Source of the DNA: an uncultured Acidobacteriota bacterium
GTDB taxonomy: Bacteria > Acidobacteriota > Thermoanaerobaculia > Multivoradales > UBA5704
Reading direction: 5' to 3'
Assembly (NCBI GenBank): GCA_963755825.1
Contig: CAVWLA010000003.1
Span: forward strand, 1,472,940-1,536,939
DNA length: 64,000 bases
Below are positions 1 to 14,182 of this stretch, piece after piece (position 1 is the stretch's first letter; the number at the start of each line of letters is the position of its first letter). The notes under the pieces were generated by a model that saw nothing but the letters and a program-made list of their open reading frames with translations, ran no database searches and was not told where the DNA came from. Position numbers and translations under genes: made by a program.

Positions 1-2
1 TC

Positions 3-95
3 CGCGACGCCCATGGCCGCTATCAGACCGTGCTCACCGCGGCGGCGCCGCCCGTTCCGGCGCCGCCCAAGGCGGCCGCCGGCGGCCGGGGGTGA
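3..95 (+). CDS. 3' end of an upstream gene running off the window (C-terminus ...RDAHGRYQTVLTAAAPPVPAPPKAAAGGRG*), product unknown
   Basis: High-GC3 reading frame entering from the window edge and ending at TGA 93-95; too short to assign a family. Confidence 0.25.
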   Translation, partial: RDAHGRYQTVLTAAAPPVPAPPKAAAGGRG

Positions 96-660
96 GGGTG
101 AAATGTTTCGCCGGCGGACGTCACATCGATTGACATGATCGCCGGCCTCGCCTCTCCAGCCTCTGCTCCCGGCCGCCGGCCGCGGCTCCGCGACGCTCGC
201 CATCCGCACGGGGGGTGGAGAGAGGTCGCCGAGCCCGGCGCCGGGGATCGTCCCCGCGCGCCACGCCGGGCACCGGGAGCGGAGGCTCTTTTTCCCCGTG
301 CCGAGAGGCCGCACAGGATCGCCGTCGAGACGCCATCCGCCGAGGCTCCGGCGGCAGCGGTCGCACCGAATTCTCCGCCGTCGCAGGACGACCTCGAACG
401 GGAGGCCGGCCCCGGCGCCGAGTGCGCTCTCCCTGCCAGCGCCCCCGCCCGCGGTCGCTCGCCGATCCGGGCCGGCGCCGCCGAGCGGGAGCTCCTCGCC
501 GGGCTCGCCGGCGGCGCGCTCCTCGCCGCCGCCGCGCTCTGTACCGCGTCACCGGCCGCCGGCGCCGAGCTCTGGCTCACCGCGGCGGCGGTGGGGAGCG
601 TCCTCGCGCTCCTGGCGCTCGGCCGCTGGCTGGGCTCCCCCGCCGGCCGCTAGCCGATCG

Positions 661-2076
<1,416 letters not shown>

Positions 2077-2237
2077 GATGTCTCCCGCGCCGGCCGCAGC
2101 CGGCGCCGAACCGTTTCGATGTGAGAAAAGATGGCAGGGGCGGCCGCGCGGCGGCGGCCCTCCCGGCTGGTATCGTATCGAGGACCGCCCGCACGCGCAC
2201 CACCGGCCATCCATCACCCATTCCGAGGAGACCTCCC

Positions 2238-2762
2238 GTGGACGATCCCCGCTACCCCGTCGGCAAGTACACCCGTCCGGCGACGCTCGCCGCCGCCGAC
2301 CGCCAGGCCGCCATCGCCGAGACCGCCGGTCTGCCGGCCAACCTCCGCGCCGCCGTGGCGGGCCTGACCGACGCCCAGCTCGACACCCCTTACCGCGCCG
2401 GCGGCTGGACGGTGCGCCAGGTCGTCCACCACGTGCCGGACAGCCACGCCAACGCCTACGTCCGCTTCAAGCTCGGCCTGACCGAGGACGCGCCGACCGT
2501 CCGCCCCTACCAGGAGGCGCTATGGGCCGAGCTGCCGGAGGCGAAGAGCGCGCCGATCGAGCCCTCGCTCGCCTTCCTGGACGCCCTCCACGTCCGCTGG
2601 GTGCTGGCGCTCGAGGCGGTGCGCGAGGAGGAGTGGCGGCGCACGGTGGTCAACCCGGAGACCGGCTCCTACCGGCTCGACCAGCTCCTCGCCCTCTACG
2701 CTTGGCACAGCCGCCACCACGTGGCGCACATCGTCGAGCTGCGCCGGCGCGAGGGCTGGTGA
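2238..2762 (+). CDS. DinB/YfiT-like putative metal-dependent hydrolase (DinB_2 family)
   Basis: [18 protein letters not shown]...[10 protein letters not shown] His-triad pattern of the DinB/YfiT fold. GTG start at 2238 is preceded by gaggag; the upstream part of the ORF is not coding-like. Confidence 0.65.
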   Translation: MDDPRYPVGKYTRPATLAAADRQAAIAETAGLPANLRAAVAGLTDAQLDTPYRAGGWTVRQVVHHVPDSHANAYVRFKLGLTEDAPTVRPYQEALWAELPEAKSAPIEPSLAFLDALHVRWVLALEAVREEEWRRTVVNPETGSYRLDQLLALYAWHSRHHVAHIVELRRREGW

Positions 2763-2770
2763 GCCGCGGC

Positions 2771-3355
2771 ATGGTGGGAGCCGAGGACGGAGCCGAGCGG
2801 GGATCAGGGGACGGCGCCGAGCGCGGATCGGGGGCCGCAGCGCCCTCCCGCAGCTGGGGCCGCGCCGTCGGCGTCGGCCTGGCTCTGGTGGTGACGGTGG
2901 CGGCCGATCAGGAGCTCAAGGCCATCGTCCGCAGCCGGCTCGAATGGCGGCGGCCGCTGGTGTTCCTCGGCGGCGCCGTGCGCCTCGAATACGCGGAGAA
3001 CCGCGGCGCCTTCCTCTCCCTCGGCGAGAGCCTGCCGGAGAGCGTGCGCTTCACCCTCTTCGTCCTCCTCGTCGGCACCGCGCTCGCCGCGGCGATCTTC
3101 TTCGCCCTGCGCGCCCGCTCCCTGCCGCGGCCCGAGCTCACGGCGCTGGCGCTGATGGCCGGCGGCGGCATCGGCAACCTCATCGACCGCGTCGCCCACG
3201 GCGGCGCCGTCGTCGACTACATGAGCATCGGCTGGGGCCCGCTCCGCACCGGCATCTTCAACCTGGCCGACGCCGCCATCACCGCCGGCGCCCTCCTCTT
3301 CATCTGGGCCAACCTCCGCCACAGCGGCGACGTACCCGACTCCTCGCCGAGCTGA
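2771..3355 (+). CDS. lspA: Lipoprotein signal peptidase II
   Basis: AENRGAFLSL, GGGIGNLIDRV, VVDYMSIG and FNLADAAIT motifs together with the TM-helix pattern. Only the C-terminal ~190 aa of the 426-aa ORF are coding-like; the start could lie a few codons downstream. Confidence 0.8.
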   Translation: MVGAEDGAERGSGDGAERGSGAAAPSRSWGRAVGVGLALVVTVAADQELKAIVRSRLEWRRPLVFLGGAVRLEYAENRGAFLSLGESLPESVRFTLFVLLVGTALAAAIFFALRARSLPRPELTALALMAGGGIGNLIDRVAHGGAVVDYMSIGWGPLRTGIFNLADAAITAGALLFIWANLRHSGDVPDSSPS

Positions 3356-3391
3356 GGCTCGCGCGGTCGGCCGGCCGATCCTCCCAGGCCG

Positions 3392-4339
3392 TCAGCCCAG
3401 CCACTCCGGGTGTTGCGCCGTGCTGTCGAACTTCTCGCTCGTCTTGTAGAGCTCGTACTTCCCGGCGGTGGCGGCGGGCGCGGTCTTCGCGAGGAGCGCC
3501 GCGATCTGACTCTCGCTCAGCGGCCGGAAGCTCTTCGCCGCCTCGATCGCCTGCTCGAGGATCTCGAGCTTGTCGCAGCCGGTGATGCAGACCGCGACCG
3601 GCAAGCTCATCGTGTAGTGCAGGCACTCGATCGCGGTGACGACGCCGCTGGTGAGGATGACATGGTCGCCCATCGGCTTCATCCCCAGGATGCCCATGCC
3701 GCGGGCGAGCGCCGCCGGCAGGACCCGCTCCTCGAAGCTCTTGAAATGGGCGTCCATGACGTTCAATGGCATTTGCACGGTGTCGAAGGTGAAGCCGTGC
3801 GCGGCGGCGGTCTCCAGCATGTGGAGATGGATCTCCGGGCTCTTGTGGCCGGTGAAGCCGACGTAGCGGACCTTCCCCGCCCGCTTCGCCGCCATCACCG
3901 CCTCGAAAGCGCCGCCCGGCGCGAAGATGCGGTCGGCGTCGCTCCTGCGGATGATCTCGTGGAGCTGGAGGAGATCGAGGCGATCGGTCCGCAGGCGCTG
4001 CAGCGACTCCTCGAGCTGCGCCGTCGCCGACTCCCGGGTGCGGCCGTCGATCTTCGTCATCAGGAAGGCCTTCTGCCGATAGCCGTCCTGGAGCGCCTTG
4101 CCCATCCACTCCTCGCTCTTGCCGTCGTTGTAGTCCCACGAGTTGTCGAGGAAGTTGATGCCGCGATCGAGCGCGGTCCGCACGATGCGGATGCCTTCCT
4201 GCGCGGACGAAGCCCGCCCGATATGGGCGCCCCCGATGCCGACCAGCGAGACCTTCTCGCCGGTCCTGCCGAGAGCGCGGTACGGGATGCCCTCCCTCTC
4301 TTCGCCAATCCCCTCCGCCGTCTCCCTCTCATCGTCCAT
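3392..4339 (-). CDS. Aldo/keto reductase family oxidoreductase (316 aa)
   Basis: Start at MDDERETAEG (ATG at 4339, preceded by ggagg). Has AKR motifs (YRALGRTGEKVSLVGIGG, GINFLDNSWDY, GKVRYVGFTGH) and an LGMKPMGD C-terminal region; the upstream 249 codons of the ORF are artefact. Confidence 0.85.
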   Translation of the reverse strand: MDDERETAEGIGEEREGIPYRALGRTGEKVSLVGIGGAHIGRASSAQEGIRIVRTALDRGINFLDNSWDYNDGKSEEWMGKALQDGYRQKAFLMTKIDGRTRESATAQLEESLQRLRTDRLDLLQLHEIIRRSDADRIFAPGGAFEAVMAAKRAGKVRYVGFTGHKSPEIHLHMLETAAAHGFTFDTVQMPLNVMDAHFKSFEERVLPAALARGMGILGMKPMGDHVILTSGVVTAIECLHYTMSLPVAVCITGCDKLEILEQAIEAAKSFRPLSESQIAALLAKTAPAATAGKYELYKTSEKFDSTAQHPEWLG

Positions 4340-4522
4340 CGGCTCACCTCCTCGGCGGCTCTCCTGGATGGAGCGCCCACCGCACCCTGTGGAGCAAGAG
4401 ATGGGCCAGGGATCGGCGGCGGCTGGATGCAGCGATCGCGCGGCGAGACGGCACCAGGTCTCGCCTTCGCCGGAGACAGCTTTCGCACCATAATCGCTCC
4501 CTCCCCTCACCAGGAGACCGCG

Positions 4523-5149
4523 ATGGCAGAGACCACGAAGCAACCGTCCCCCTACGGCGTCCATCCCGGCGTCGAGAAGGTCGCCGCCTGGCTCGACACG
4601 CTCCCCGCGACGACCGGCCGCTCGCTCGACGACTGGCTGCAGGTGATCGAGCGCTCCGGCCCGGCGGGAGAGGACGAGCGCCGCGACTGGCTCAAGAAAG
4701 AGCACGGCTTCGGCACCAACCAGGCGAGCTACCTCGCCGAGCGCTCGTGCGGCAAGGGCGTCGAGGACGGCGACCCGCGGGCCTACCTGGCGGCGGCCGA
4801 GCGCTGGGTCGATGCCATGCTCGCCGGCCCGCGCGAGGCCCTGCGGCCGCTCTACGACGAGCTCCTCGCCCTCGGCCTCTCCTACGCCGGCGTGCGCGCC
4901 TGCCCCTGCCAGACCATCGTCCCCCTCTACCGTCGCCACGTCTTCGCCCAGATCAAGCCGGCGACCCGCACGCGCATCGACTTCGGCCTCGCCCTGGGCG
5001 ACACCCCGGCCGCGGGCCGCCTCCTCTCGACCGGCGGCTACGAGAAGAAAGACCGCATCACCCACCGCATCGCCGTCTCGCGGCACGAGGACATCGACAC
5101 TTTCTTAAAGGAGTGGCTGGCGGTCGCCTACGCGCGAGACGCGAGGTAG
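4523..5149 (+). CDS. DUF4287/DUF5655 domain-containing protein (208 aa)
   Basis: ATG at 4523 follows a caggaga SD. The WLKKEHGFGTNQASYLAE segment matches my recollection of DUF4287, and the C-terminal half looks DUF5655-like. High GC3. Confidence 0.55.
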   Translation: MAETTKQPSPYGVHPGVEKVAAWLDTLPATTGRSLDDWLQVIERSGPAGEDERRDWLKKEHGFGTNQASYLAERSCGKGVEDGDPRAYLAAAERWVDAMLAGPREALRPLYDELLALGLSYAGVRACPCQTIVPLYRRHVFAQIKPATRTRIDFGLALGDTPAAGRLLSTGGYEKKDRITHRIAVSRHEDIDTFLKEWLAVAYARDAR

Positions 5150-5212
5150 GCGGCGCGAGGCGCTCGGGCTCGCCGCGCTTCCAGGCGGGGCGAGCGAGCC
5201 CGCCAAATCCCT

Positions 5213-7468
5213 GTGCTAACTTCCCCGCCCATGCCGGCCCTCCGGCGGTTCGCAGCCGCCGTCGCACTCTCCCTCCTCGCCTGCTCGTCGGCGAGTGGGC
5301 CGCCGCGCGCGCGGGTGTGGGACCTCGTCGCCCTCCTGCCGCTCGCCGAGACGGAGAGCGAGGTGGCGACGATCGACGTCGGCTCGCCGGCGGCGCGCGA
5401 GCACCTGGCGAGCGGCTGGTACAGCAACCAGAAGGGGACCGACGGCTCGACCTCGGTGTGGAGCCGCGGCGAGATCTCGGTTCTCGAGTTCTTCCTCGCC
5501 GCGCCGCGCGATCTGCGGGTGGAGATCCGCTGCGCGCCGCTCTCGCCGAGCGCGCCCGAGGCCGGCGGCGCCGGCGACGGCGGGCCGCAGGTCGTGCGCA
5601 CCGCGGTCAACGGCCGCTGGCGCAAGGACCTGATCCTCGCGCCCGGCATGCACGCCTACGCGGTCGACCTGCCGCGGGCCGACCTCCACGCCGGCATCAA
5701 CCGCCTGATCTTCAGCTATCGCTACGTCTCCGAGCCGCGGCGCGAGAACGGCCACCGCCGCCTCGCCGTCGAGTGGGACGCGCTGCGCTTTCTGCCCGCC
5801 GGCGCCGCCGGCGCCGAGCCGGCGGGCGAGCCGGGCGCCCTCTTCCTCCCCTTCGGCAGCGAGGTCTCCTACTTCCTCGATCTGCCGGGCGCCGCCGAGC
5901 TGGCGCTCGACCGCATCGAGACCCGCGGCGCCGCCGCCGGACGGCTGGACGTCGCGGCCGAGGTCGAGGGCGGGCCGCCGATGGCGCGCACGCTCGCCGC
6001 CGGCTCGTCGGCGCACGCGCTCGAGCTGCCGGGGCGCCGGGCGCACCTCCTCCACCTCGTCCTCCGCGCCGTCGGCTCGCCGGCGGACGCCGCCGGCGGC
6101 CTGCTGCTCGCGGCGCCGACCGTCCGCGCGACGGCGTCGCCGGCGCGCCTGGCGCGGCCGGCGGCGCGCGACGGCAACGCCGCCGCTCCGCAGCTCGCGG
6201 CGCCGAGGCCCGGCGCGCCGCCGCCGAACATCGTCGTCTACCTGGTCGACACCCTGCGCGCCGACCGCCTCGGCTGCTACGGGTCGGCCAAGCCGACCTC
6301 TGCGGCCCTCGACGGCTTCGCCCGCGGCGCCGTCCTCTTCGAGCACGCCTTCGCGCAGTCGAGCTGGACGCGGCCGACGGTCACCACCCTGATGACCGGT
6401 CTCGGGCCGCTGGCGCACGGCGTCACCACGCTCGAGGACAAGCTGCCGGCGGCGGCGACGACGCTCGCCGAGCGGCTGCAGGCGGCGGGCTACCGCACGG
6501 CGGGCTTCAGCACCAACCCGCAGGTGAGCGTCGGCACCGGCCTGTCGCAGGGATTCGCCAACTTCACGCTCTTTCCCGGCGGCACGCGCTCCGCCGCCGT
6601 CAATCCGCCGGCGCTGCGCTGGCTGGACGCCGGCCGCGGTAGATCGCCCTTCTTTCTCTACATCCAGACCATCGACCCGCACGTCCCCTACGCGCCGGCT
6701 CCCGAGCTGGCCCGGCGCTTCGCGCCCGGCGTGCCGGTGGACACCGGCACCGCCCAGGGGGCGGACCGCGTCTTCCGGGCGCGCGGCGAGGAGCGCGAGC
6801 GCCTCGTCGGCCAGCTCTCCGCGCTCTACGATGCCGAGGTGGCGGGCAACGTCGAGAGCTTCGGCGAGCTCGTCGCGGCGCTCCGCGCGCGCCGCCTCTT
6901 CGACTCCACGCTCATCGTCTTCGTCGCCGATCACGGCGAGGAGTTCGACGAGCACGGCGCCCTCGGCCACGGCTTCAACCTCTACGGCGAGACGCTCCAC
7001 GTGCCGCTCGTCGTCAAGTGGCCGGGCGAGACGCGCGGCGCGCGCGTGCGGCGCCTGGTGCAGCAGATCGACCTGGTGCCGACGATCCTCCGCGCCGCCG
7101 GCATCGCGGTGCCGCCGGGCCTGCCGGGGAGCGACCTGCGGTCGCTCGCCGCGGCGAGCCCGGCGAGCGACCGGCCCGTCCTCTCCCATCTGAGCTACGG
7201 CGGCCGCGAGGGGGTCAGCCTGATCGACGGCGGCTGGAAGGTGATCGTGCCGCTCACCCCGATGTTCGGCGGCGGCGCCGAGCTCTATCGCCTCGACGAC
7301 GACGCCGCCGAGCGCGTCGACCGCAGCGAGCGCGACCCGGTGCGAGCCGGCTACCTGCGGGCGCGCGTTCGCCGCGAGCTCCTCCTCGCCCATCCGAAGC
7401 CGGCCGCCGAGCGGACGCCGATCGACGGCGAGACGCGGAAGGCGCTGGCGGCGCTCGGCTATCTTTGA
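5213..7468 (+). CDS. Alkaline-phosphatase-superfamily (sulfatase-like) lipoprotein
   Basis: Signal peptide with an LLACSS lipobox. Sulfatase-domain blocks: NIVVYLVDTLRADRLGCYG, SSWTRPTVTTLMTG, LIVFVADHGEEF, HVPLVVKWPG. C-terminus ends ...LAALGYL. The motif SSWTR replaces the canonical C/S-x-P-x-R. Confidence 0.75.
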   Translation: MLTSPPMPALRRFAAAVALSLLACSSASGPPRARVWDLVALLPLAETESEVATIDVGSPAAREHLASGWYSNQKGTDGSTSVWSRGEISVLEFFLAAPRDLRVEIRCAPLSPSAPEAGGAGDGGPQVVRTAVNGRWRKDLILAPGMHAYAVDLPRADLHAGINRLIFSYRYVSEPRRENGHRRLAVEWDALRFLPAGAAGAEPAGEPGALFLPFGSEVSYFLDLPGAAELALDRIETRGAAAGRLDVAAEVEGGPPMARTLAAGSSAHALELPGRRAHLLHLVLRAVGSPADAAGGLLLAAPTVRATASPARLARPAARDGNAAAPQLAAPRPGAPPPNIVVYLVDTLRADRLGCYGSAKPTSAALDGFARGAVLFEHAFAQSSWTRPTVTTLMTGLGPLAHGVTTLEDKLPAAATTLAERLQAAGYRTAGFSTNPQVSVGTGLSQGFANFTLFPGGTRSAAVNPPALRWLDAGRGRSPFFLYIQTIDPHVPYAPAPELARRFAPGVPVDTGTAQGADRVFRARGEERERLVGQLSALYDAEVAGNVESFGELVAALRARRLFDSTLIVFVADHGEEFDEHGALGHGFNLYGETLHVPLVVKWPGETRGARVRRLVQQIDLVPTILRAAGIAVPPGLPGSDLRSLAAASPASDRPVLSHLSYGGREGVSLIDGGWKVIVPLTPMFGGGAELYRLDDDAAERVDRSERDPVRAGYLRARVRRELLLAHPKPAAERTPIDGETRKALAALGYL

Positions 7469-7589
7469 ACAGCGCCCGTCCTCGGCGCTGGCATGCGCGG
7501 CCGGCCGCGAACGCTGTTGATAGACTCGGCGCGATGCTCTTCCATGGCGGGTTTCATCTCCCCGGCGCCCTCCGCGGAGGGCGGCGGCG

Positions 7590-8996
7590 ATGAGCGATCG
7601 TGCCCTGCGCGTCGGCATGGTCGGCACCTTCGACGTCGACAACTATGGCGACCGCCTCTTCCCGCTGATCGCCCAGGCCGAGCTGGCGGAGCGGCTCGGC
7701 GCGGTCGACGTCCACTGCTTCTCGTACCAGGCCAAGACGGCGGCCGAGTGGCCCTTCCCGGTGACCTCGGTCACCGAGCTGCCGCGGCTCGTCCCGACCC
7801 TCGACGGCCTCCTCGTCGGCGGCGGCTTCCTCATCCGCTTCGACAAGCGGGTCGCCCCCGGCTACCTGCCGCCGAGCCCGGCGATCCATCACCCCACCGG
7901 CTACTGGCTGACGCCGGCGCTCCTCGCCCTGCAGCACGGCATCCCCCTGCTGTGGAACGCGCCCGGCGTCGACTACGGCCGCCTCCCCGCCTGGGCCGAT
8001 CCGCTGCTGGAGCTGGCGCTCGGCGAGAGCGCCTACATCGCCGTCCGCGACGAGCCGTCGCGCGATGAGCTCGCCCGCTTCGTCGCCGCCGACCGCATCG
8101 ACCTGGTGCCCGACACCGCCTTCGGCGTCGGCCGCCGGCTCGGCGGCGCGCCGAGCGCCGAGTTCGCCCGGCTGCGCGACGGCCTCGGGCTGACCGGGCG
8201 CTACATCATCATCCAGGGGACGCCCGGCCTCGAGGGCTGCCATCGCTTCCTCAAGCGGCACGCCGAGCTGTGGCGCGAGCATCGCCTGCTGGCGCTCGCC
8301 GTCGGCCCGGTCAACGGCGACGACGCCAACCTGCCGAATGCCGATCTCCCCGCGCTCGTGCGGCTGCCCGCCTCGCCCCATCCGTTCCTCCTCGCCGAGA
8401 TCATCCGGCGGTCGGCGGCGGTCATCGGCCCCAGCTACCACCTGGCGATCACCGCGCTCACCGCGGGCGTGCCGGTCTTCACCCACGCGGACCTGAGCCT
8501 GGGGAAGTTCCCCGGCCTGGCCGGCCTCGCGGGCCTCTTCCCGATGCCGGACGAGGGCGACGACCCGGCCGGCTTCATGGCGCGGCTGGGGCAGAGCGCG
8601 GTCTCGCCGCAGGTCGGCACCGCGCTCGGCCAGCTGGCGCACCACTGGGACCGCGTCGCGGCCGTCCTCGGTGCCGGCGCGAGCGGCGCTCGCGGCGGTC
8701 GATCCGATACGGCGCGGGAGGCGGTCGGCCGTTTCTGGCAGTCGCTGCCGGGCATCCTGGAGGCGGCCTCCCTGCAGGCCGACGCGCTCGCTCGCGGCGA
8801 GGCGGAGCGGCAGATCGCGGCGGCCGAGGCGGCGGCGGCGAGCGGCCGCGAGCGCGTCGCCGAGCTCGGCCGGGTGCTGACCCTGGCGCGGAGCGAGATC
8901 GCTCGGCGCGACCGCCGCATCACCCAGCTCCTGCAGTCGACCTCCTGGAAGCTCAGCGCGCCGCTGCGCTTCGTCGGCCGGCGCCTGGGCCGCTAG
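7590..8996 (+). CDS. Polysaccharide pyruvyl transferase family protein with a C-terminal coiled-coil extension
   Basis: N-terminus MVGTFDVDNYGDRLF and overall pattern typical of PF04230 (CsaB/WcaK-like). ggaggg SD upstream of the ATG. Confidence 0.7.
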   Translation: MSDRALRVGMVGTFDVDNYGDRLFPLIAQAELAERLGAVDVHCFSYQAKTAAEWPFPVTSVTELPRLVPTLDGLLVGGGFLIRFDKRVAPGYLPPSPAIHHPTGYWLTPALLALQHGIPLLWNAPGVDYGRLPAWADPLLELALGESAYIAVRDEPSRDELARFVAADRIDLVPDTAFGVGRRLGGAPSAEFARLRDGLGLTGRYIIIQGTPGLEGCHRFLKRHAELWREHRLLALAVGPVNGDDANLPNADLPALVRLPASPHPFLLAEIIRRSAAVIGPSYHLAITALTAGVPVFTHADLSLGKFPGLAGLAGLFPMPDEGDDPAGFMARLGQSAVSPQVGTALGQLAHHWDRVAAVLGAGASGARGGRSDTAREAVGRFWQSLPGILEAASLQADALARGEAERQIAAAEAAAASGRERVAELGRVLTLARSEIARRDRRITQLLQSTSWKLSAPLRFVGRRLGR

Positions 8997-9013
8997 CGGT
9001 TGAAAAGACGATC

Positions 9014-9769
9014 ATGCTCGACCTGACGCGCATCGCCGAGAGCAGCCTCGCGACCGAGCCCTATACCTGGGCGCCGATCGACGGCCTCTTCGCCGCCAAG
9101 GCAGCCGCGGAGTTGGTGGCGACCTACCCGCGCGATCATTTCAAGACCGTGCGCGGCCACGATGGAGAGAAGGAGTTCCTCTACGAGTCCCGCGCCTTAG
9201 TCGACATGGGCGGCGGCACCGCCCACCCCGCCGAGCTCTCCCCCGCCTGGCGGGAGCTCGCCGGCGACCTGCAGTCGCCGGAGTACCGCGCCGCCATGTC
9301 GCTCTTGACCGGCTACGACCTGTCGGCGGCGCCGATCGAGGCCAACCTCTTCCACTACGGCCCGGGAGCCTGCCTCGGGCCGCACCTCGACCTCCCCGAC
9401 AAGCGCATCACCCACGTCCTCTACTTCAACGGCCGCTGGGACGCGGCCGAGGGCGGCTGCCTGAACGTCCTGCGCTCCGGCAACCCGGAGGACGTCGCGG
9501 CGGAGATCCTGCCGCTCATCGGCAACTCCGTCGTGCTGGTGCGCTCGGACCGCTCCTGGCACGCCGTCCGCCACGTCGCCGCGGACTGCCGGCGCTCGCG
9601 GCGGAGCGTCACGGTGACCTTCTACCGCCCGGGCGCGGTGAGCACCATGTGGCCGCCCGGCGACACCACGCCGCTCCATCGCTACGAAGCCCCCGACGGC
9701 GCCGCCGATGCCTCGCCCAAGCCATCCGCCTGGGCCAGGCTCCGCCGAGCGGCATCCGGCGGCCGCTGA
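9014..9769 (+). CDS. 2OG-Fe(II) oxygenase superfamily protein (prolyl-hydroxylase-like)
   Basis: HLDLPDKRITHVLYFN ... SWHAV pattern (HxD...H plus an Arg). Internal ATG at 9014, in frame with ORF 8270..9769, whose upstream part is not coding-like. Confidence 0.65.
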   Translation: MLDLTRIAESSLATEPYTWAPIDGLFAAKAAAELVATYPRDHFKTVRGHDGEKEFLYESRALVDMGGGTAHPAELSPAWRELAGDLQSPEYRAAMSLLTGYDLSAAPIEANLFHYGPGACLGPHLDLPDKRITHVLYFNGRWDAAEGGCLNVLRSGNPEDVAAEILPLIGNSVVLVRSDRSWHAVRHVAADCRRSRRSVTVTFYRPGAVSTMWPPGDTTPLHRYEAPDGAADASPKPSAWARLRRAASGGR

Positions 9770-9784
9770 AGCCTCGCCAGCCGG

Positions 9785-10475
9785 TCAGCGCGGCGGGGCG
9801 GCGAGAAGCTCGGCGAGGGCCCTCTCCTTCCTCGCCTGGGCCTCGTGCTCGAGATAGAGGGTGGGCCGGCGCGGCGCGCTCGGCGCACTCGCTCTCGGCG
9901 AGGCGGCAGCGCTCGCAGGTGAGGTTGACGGCGATCCGCGGCACCGCCGGGTCGTTCCAGAAGCGCACCGTCTGCTTGAAGTGATCGTCGAGGAGGAAGC
10001 CGAGCGAGACGCTCGAGCCGGCGCCGCTCGCCAGAGCCAGGGGCCGCGCCGTGGCGATGGCGAAGAACTCGGCGTTCTCGTCGATGAACTGCGAGCGCTG
10101 GGCGGCGAGGTCGGGATGGGCCGCGAGGGTGTCGAAGTCGAGCCGGTAGCCGAAGTCCTCCTCGAGCACCCGGCGGAGCGCCCCCGGCTCCAGCGCCTCG
10201 CCGCCCGTCCAGCCGCGCGCGGCGCGAAAGCGGGCCGCCGCCTCTTCCAGGTCGGCGAAGTAATTGGCGTTCATCCGCTGGTAGGAGCGCAGGGCGGCGA
10301 GCAGGAACTGCTCGACCTGCACGTCGTAGGTGCGGCCGATGTCGAGGAGCGCGCGGATGAGCGCCGCGGCGCGCTCCGGCTGGTCGGTCGCCAGGCCGAA
10401 GAGATCCTCCGGCTGCACCCCGAAGAGCTCGAACGGAAACCCCTGCAGGAAGTCGGAGCTGAAGACCGCCTTCAC
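9785..10475 (-). pseudogene. N-terminally truncated ScfR/PrpR-family C-terminal (DUF2083, Cys-rich Fe-S type) domain gene with an apparent 3' frameshift
   Basis: Has the C-terminal Cys cluster (VNLTCERCRLAESECAERAAP) but no HTH or ImmA-like peptidase domain; the only start candidate is GTG at 10475 (no ATG, stop 20 codons upstream). After CAERAA the codon bias moves to the -1 frame (…TLYLEHEAQARKERALAELLAAPPR*, TGA at 9785-9787), while the annotated frame turns GC3-poor (CCT CTA TCT CGA). Confidence 0.5.
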
Positions 10476-10534
10476 CGGATCGAGCGCCTCGCCGACCTGC
10501 GGCGAGACCAGCTCCTCGAAGGGGACCCGGAGGC

Positions 10535-10759
10535 ATGTTCACCCTCGCCCGCGACTACCGCGACCGCGGCATGCTCGCCTACTCCGAGCTGCAGCAGGCC
10601 GAGTTCGCCGCCGAGAAGGACGGCTACACCGCCACCCGCCACCAGCGCGAGGTCGGCACCGGCTACTTCGACCGCGTCCGCGAGGTGGCGACCGGCGGTC
10701 TCGCCAGCACCGCGGCGATGGAGGAGTCGACGGAGACGGCGCAGTTCGCCGGGCGTTGA
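10535..10759 (+). CDS. Small hypothetical protein (74 aa)
   Basis: ggagg SD 5 nt upstream of the ATG, and very high GC3 throughout (MFTLARDYRDRGMLAYSELQQAEFAAEKDGY...). Divergent from the DUF2083 remnant. Confidence 0.5.
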   Translation: MFTLARDYRDRGMLAYSELQQAEFAAEKDGYTATRHQREVGTGYFDRVREVATGGLASTAAMEESTETAQFAGR

Positions 10760-10798
10760 GCCGGCGGCCCGCCGGATGGGCTCGTCGACCCCGCCGCG

Positions 10799-14041
<3,243 letters not shown>

Positions 14042-14182
14042 CGGGCGCAGAGTGTAGCGCAGGCCGGCGGCCGGCTGGGACCGCGGCGTCCAGGGGGCGC
14101 CCCCTGGCAGGGAACTTGTATGATCGGGGAGGCAGGCAGCAGATCTCGGCGACGCCGCCCCCGGCGCCGGAAAGGACCCCGC

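Noticed and set aside
135-653. 172-aa plus-strand ORF between the upstream gene end and the fumC end
   Set aside because: The 5' two-thirds have poor GC3. Only the last ~70 codons (hydrophobic ...GALLAAAALCTASPAAGAELWLTAAAVGSVLALLALGRW) look coding, with no SD or recognisable family. Possibly a small membrane protein, but not supportable
5216-7642. 808-aa ORF on the minus strand
   Set aside because: Antisense to the sulfatase-like gene; Arg/Gly/Ala-rich low-complexity translation with no domain signature and no SD. Typical stop-free antisense frame of high-GC DNA
8270-9013. First 248 codons of the 499-aa ORF ahead of the 2OG-oxygenase
   Set aside because: Arg/Pro/Gly-rich, poor codon structure and overlapping the pyruvyl-transferase gene. 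The real gene starts at the internal ATG at 9014
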